Position numbers and translations under genes: made by a program. Positions 32,970-34,512 of a stretch of DNA of 34,512 bases are shown one piece after another; within the stretch, counting starts at the first letter, position 1, and the number at the start of each line of letters is the position of its first letter. The DNA is taken from the NCBI GenBank assembly GCA_964591305.1, contig CAZQAI010000001.1, positions 5,965-40,476 of the forward strand, read 5' to 3'. The stretch is from an uncultured Clostridium sp. GTDB taxonomy: Bacteria; Bacillota; Clostridia; Oscillospirales; CAG-272. The notes under the pieces are model-generated. The model saw nothing but the letters and a program-made list of their open reading frames with translations, had not been told where the DNA came from and made no database searches.

Positions 32970-34061
32970 TCATGATGTGGCATCCTTCATCTCCCGAAGT
33001 TTTTCAATCAGCGTCGGGATAATGGACTCCTCCGGAATTTTCTTGATGATCTCACCGCGAGATATCAGCAAAGCTTCTCCCTGCCCCCCGGCGATGCCGA
33101 TGTCGGCTTCCCTGGCCTCCCCCGGGCCATTGACAATGCACCCCATCAGGGCAACCTTGACAGGCAGATCAGACAGTCCCTCAGCCGCAACTGCCTGTTC
33201 AAAGGCGGTATGTAAGGCGATCAGGTCGATTCCCGTCCTGCCGCAGGTCGGGCAGGAGACGATTTGTAGGCCGCACTGGCCTTCCACTCCCAGCGCATTG
33301 AGGATGCGGTGAGCAGCTTCCACCTCACGAACCGGGTCAGCGGTCAGAGACACCCGGAAGGTGTCTCCAATGCCGTCGCAGAGCAAAGACCCGATTCCGA
33401 TTGCCGATTTGACCAGTCCCGCTTCGGCCCCTCCGGCCTCGGTCACACCCAGATGAAGTGGGTACTCGCATTTTTCCGCCAGCATCCGGTTGGCCTGTAT
33501 CATGTCCGGGACAGTAGATGCCTTGATCGAGATGACCATATCCTCAAAGCCGCACTTTTCCAGAAGGCCGACGTGATACAACGCTGACTCGCACAGAGCC
33601 TCCGGGATGAGGGCTCCGTACCTGGCCAGGATATGCTTTTCCAGGGAGCCGCTGTTGACGCCAATACGAATGGGAATATGACGGACGCGGCAGGCATCGG
33701 CCACCGCTCTCACCCGTTCATCGCCCCCGATGTTGCCGGGGTTGATGCGTATCTTATCCACGCCATACTCGGCACACCGCAAGGCAATGCGGTAATCGAA
33801 GTGGATGTCGGCCACAATAGGTACAGTCATACCGGATTCCTTGATCAGGCGTACGGTTTCGGCAGCCTCCAGATCCGGCACGGTCAGACGCACAATGTCA
33901 CATCCGGCGTTTGCCAGTGCCTTGATCTGAGCCATAGTGGAGGCAGCATCGTGGGTGTCGGTGTTGGTCATAGACTGAACGGCAATTCTGTGCCGCCCGC
34001 CGATGCACAGCCGTCCGATGCGTACTTCCCTGGTGGAGCGGCGTATGGAATTATACTTCAT
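32970..34061 (-). CDS. ispG: 4-hydroxy-3-methylbut-2-en-1-yl diphosphate synthase (flavodoxin)
   Basis: RRSTREVRIGRLCIGGRHRIAVQSMTNTDT and VSCPTCGRT are GcpE/IspG signatures. Confidence 0.95.
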   Translation of the reverse strand: MKYNSIRRSTREVRIGRLCIGGRHRIAVQSMTNTDTHDAASTMAQIKALANAGCDIVRLTVPDLEAAETVRLIKESGMTVPIVADIHFDYRIALRCAEYGVDKIRINPGNIGGDERVRAVADACRVRHIPIRIGVNSGSLEKHILARYGALIPEALCESALYHVGLLEKCGFEDMVISIKASTVPDMIQANRMLAEKCEYPLHLGVTEAGGAEAGLVKSAIGIGSLLCDGIGDTFRVSLTADPVREVEAAHRILNALGVEGQCGLQIVSCPTCGRTGIDLIALHTAFEQAVAAEGLSDLPVKVALMGCIVNGPGEAREADIGIAGGQGEALLISRGEIIKKIPEESIIPTLIEKLREMKDATS

Positions 34062-34111
34062 GACTGAGTCCTTTCACAGTGTAGGTAAGAGCAGAAGGTG
34101 GGTATGGGTTG

Positions 34112-34512
34112 TCAGAACAATTTGAATATATCTTTGAAAGCAATGACAGCGGTAAGCATCAGGAGGAGCATCATGCCGACACCGTGTATACGTGCCTCAA
34201 CTTTGGGATTGATGGGTTTTCCAAAACGGAGCACCTCGATGATGCGGAAGAACAGCCGGCCCCCGTCCAAGGCAGGTATGGGCAGTAGATTCATGACACC
34301 CAGGTTCATGGCAATCAATGCAAAAAGGTAAAGCAGATTCCACCCGGCCATGGGCTGTGCGGCTACCTCGGTGACGGTGGAGGTCACGCCGATGGGACCG
34401 GACAGGCTGGACAGGCTGTACCGCCCCGTGATCAGTCCGCCAATGGAGTCAAAGACCATCTTGATGGAGGATACTGACCGCCAGAAGGTAACCTTGAGTA
34501 CATTGCCAAAGG
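34112..34512 (-). CDS. rseP: RIP metalloprotease RseP (M50 site-2 protease), C-terminal part; the 5' part lies beyond the right edge
   Basis: NLGVMNLLPIPALDGGRLFF is the conserved M50 C-terminal motif. The frame stays open to the window edge. The rseP-ispG-polC order is a conserved Firmicutes arrangement. Confidence 0.85.
   Translation of the reverse strand, partial: FGNVLKVTFWRSVSSIKMVFDSIGGLITGRYSLSSLSGPIGVTSTVTEVAAQPMAGWNLLYLFALIAMNLGVMNLLPIPALDGGRLFFRIIEVLRFGKPINPKVEARIHGVGMMLLLMLTAVIAFKDIFKLF

Overview
34.5-kb chromosomal segment of a moderately high-GC Firmicutes/Clostridia-type genome, judged from the PolC-type replicase, yceD-rpmF, the yhbY-nadD-yqeK-rsfS array and rseP-ispG. Left to right: (1) The start of a minus-strand glycan/EPS assembly operon (GT-B-like protein, GT4 glycosyltransferase, EpsG-type polymerase running off the left edge). 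(2) A divergent intergenic region holding an orphan, highly structured ~300-nt minus-strand RNA candidate. It ends in an intrinsic terminator with competing alternative helices and I could not assign it to any RNA class. (3) yceD-rpmF. (4) A hexuronate catabolism operon, uxaC-uxuA-uxuB(SDR)-eda-kdgK, whose last gene is a polytopic-membrane/lipase fusion. (5) A GDPD phosphodiesterase and a 1064-aa glycoside-hydrolase-like protein with a repeat-decorated promoter and leader. (6) An AT-rich patch with a signal-less Cys-rich LRR protein, an unlisted 36-aa (or 52-aa) small ORF with strong SD and terminator, and a MerR regulator with a 19-bp-spacer promoter. (7) HtrA protease and an orphan OmpR-type response regulator with a ~390-nt leader and upstream direct repeats; no histidine kinase is present. 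(8) A long co-directional minus-strand array, rseP-ispG-polC ... yhbY-nadD-yqeK-rsfS. A DUF1643 gene (tightly coupled to polC), a ~1110-aa lipoprotein of unknown function and an EEP-family gene are inserted into it. I found no rRNA, tRNA, CRISPR array, transposase or integrase. The many long ORFs antisense to real genes look like GC-driven shadow ORFs.
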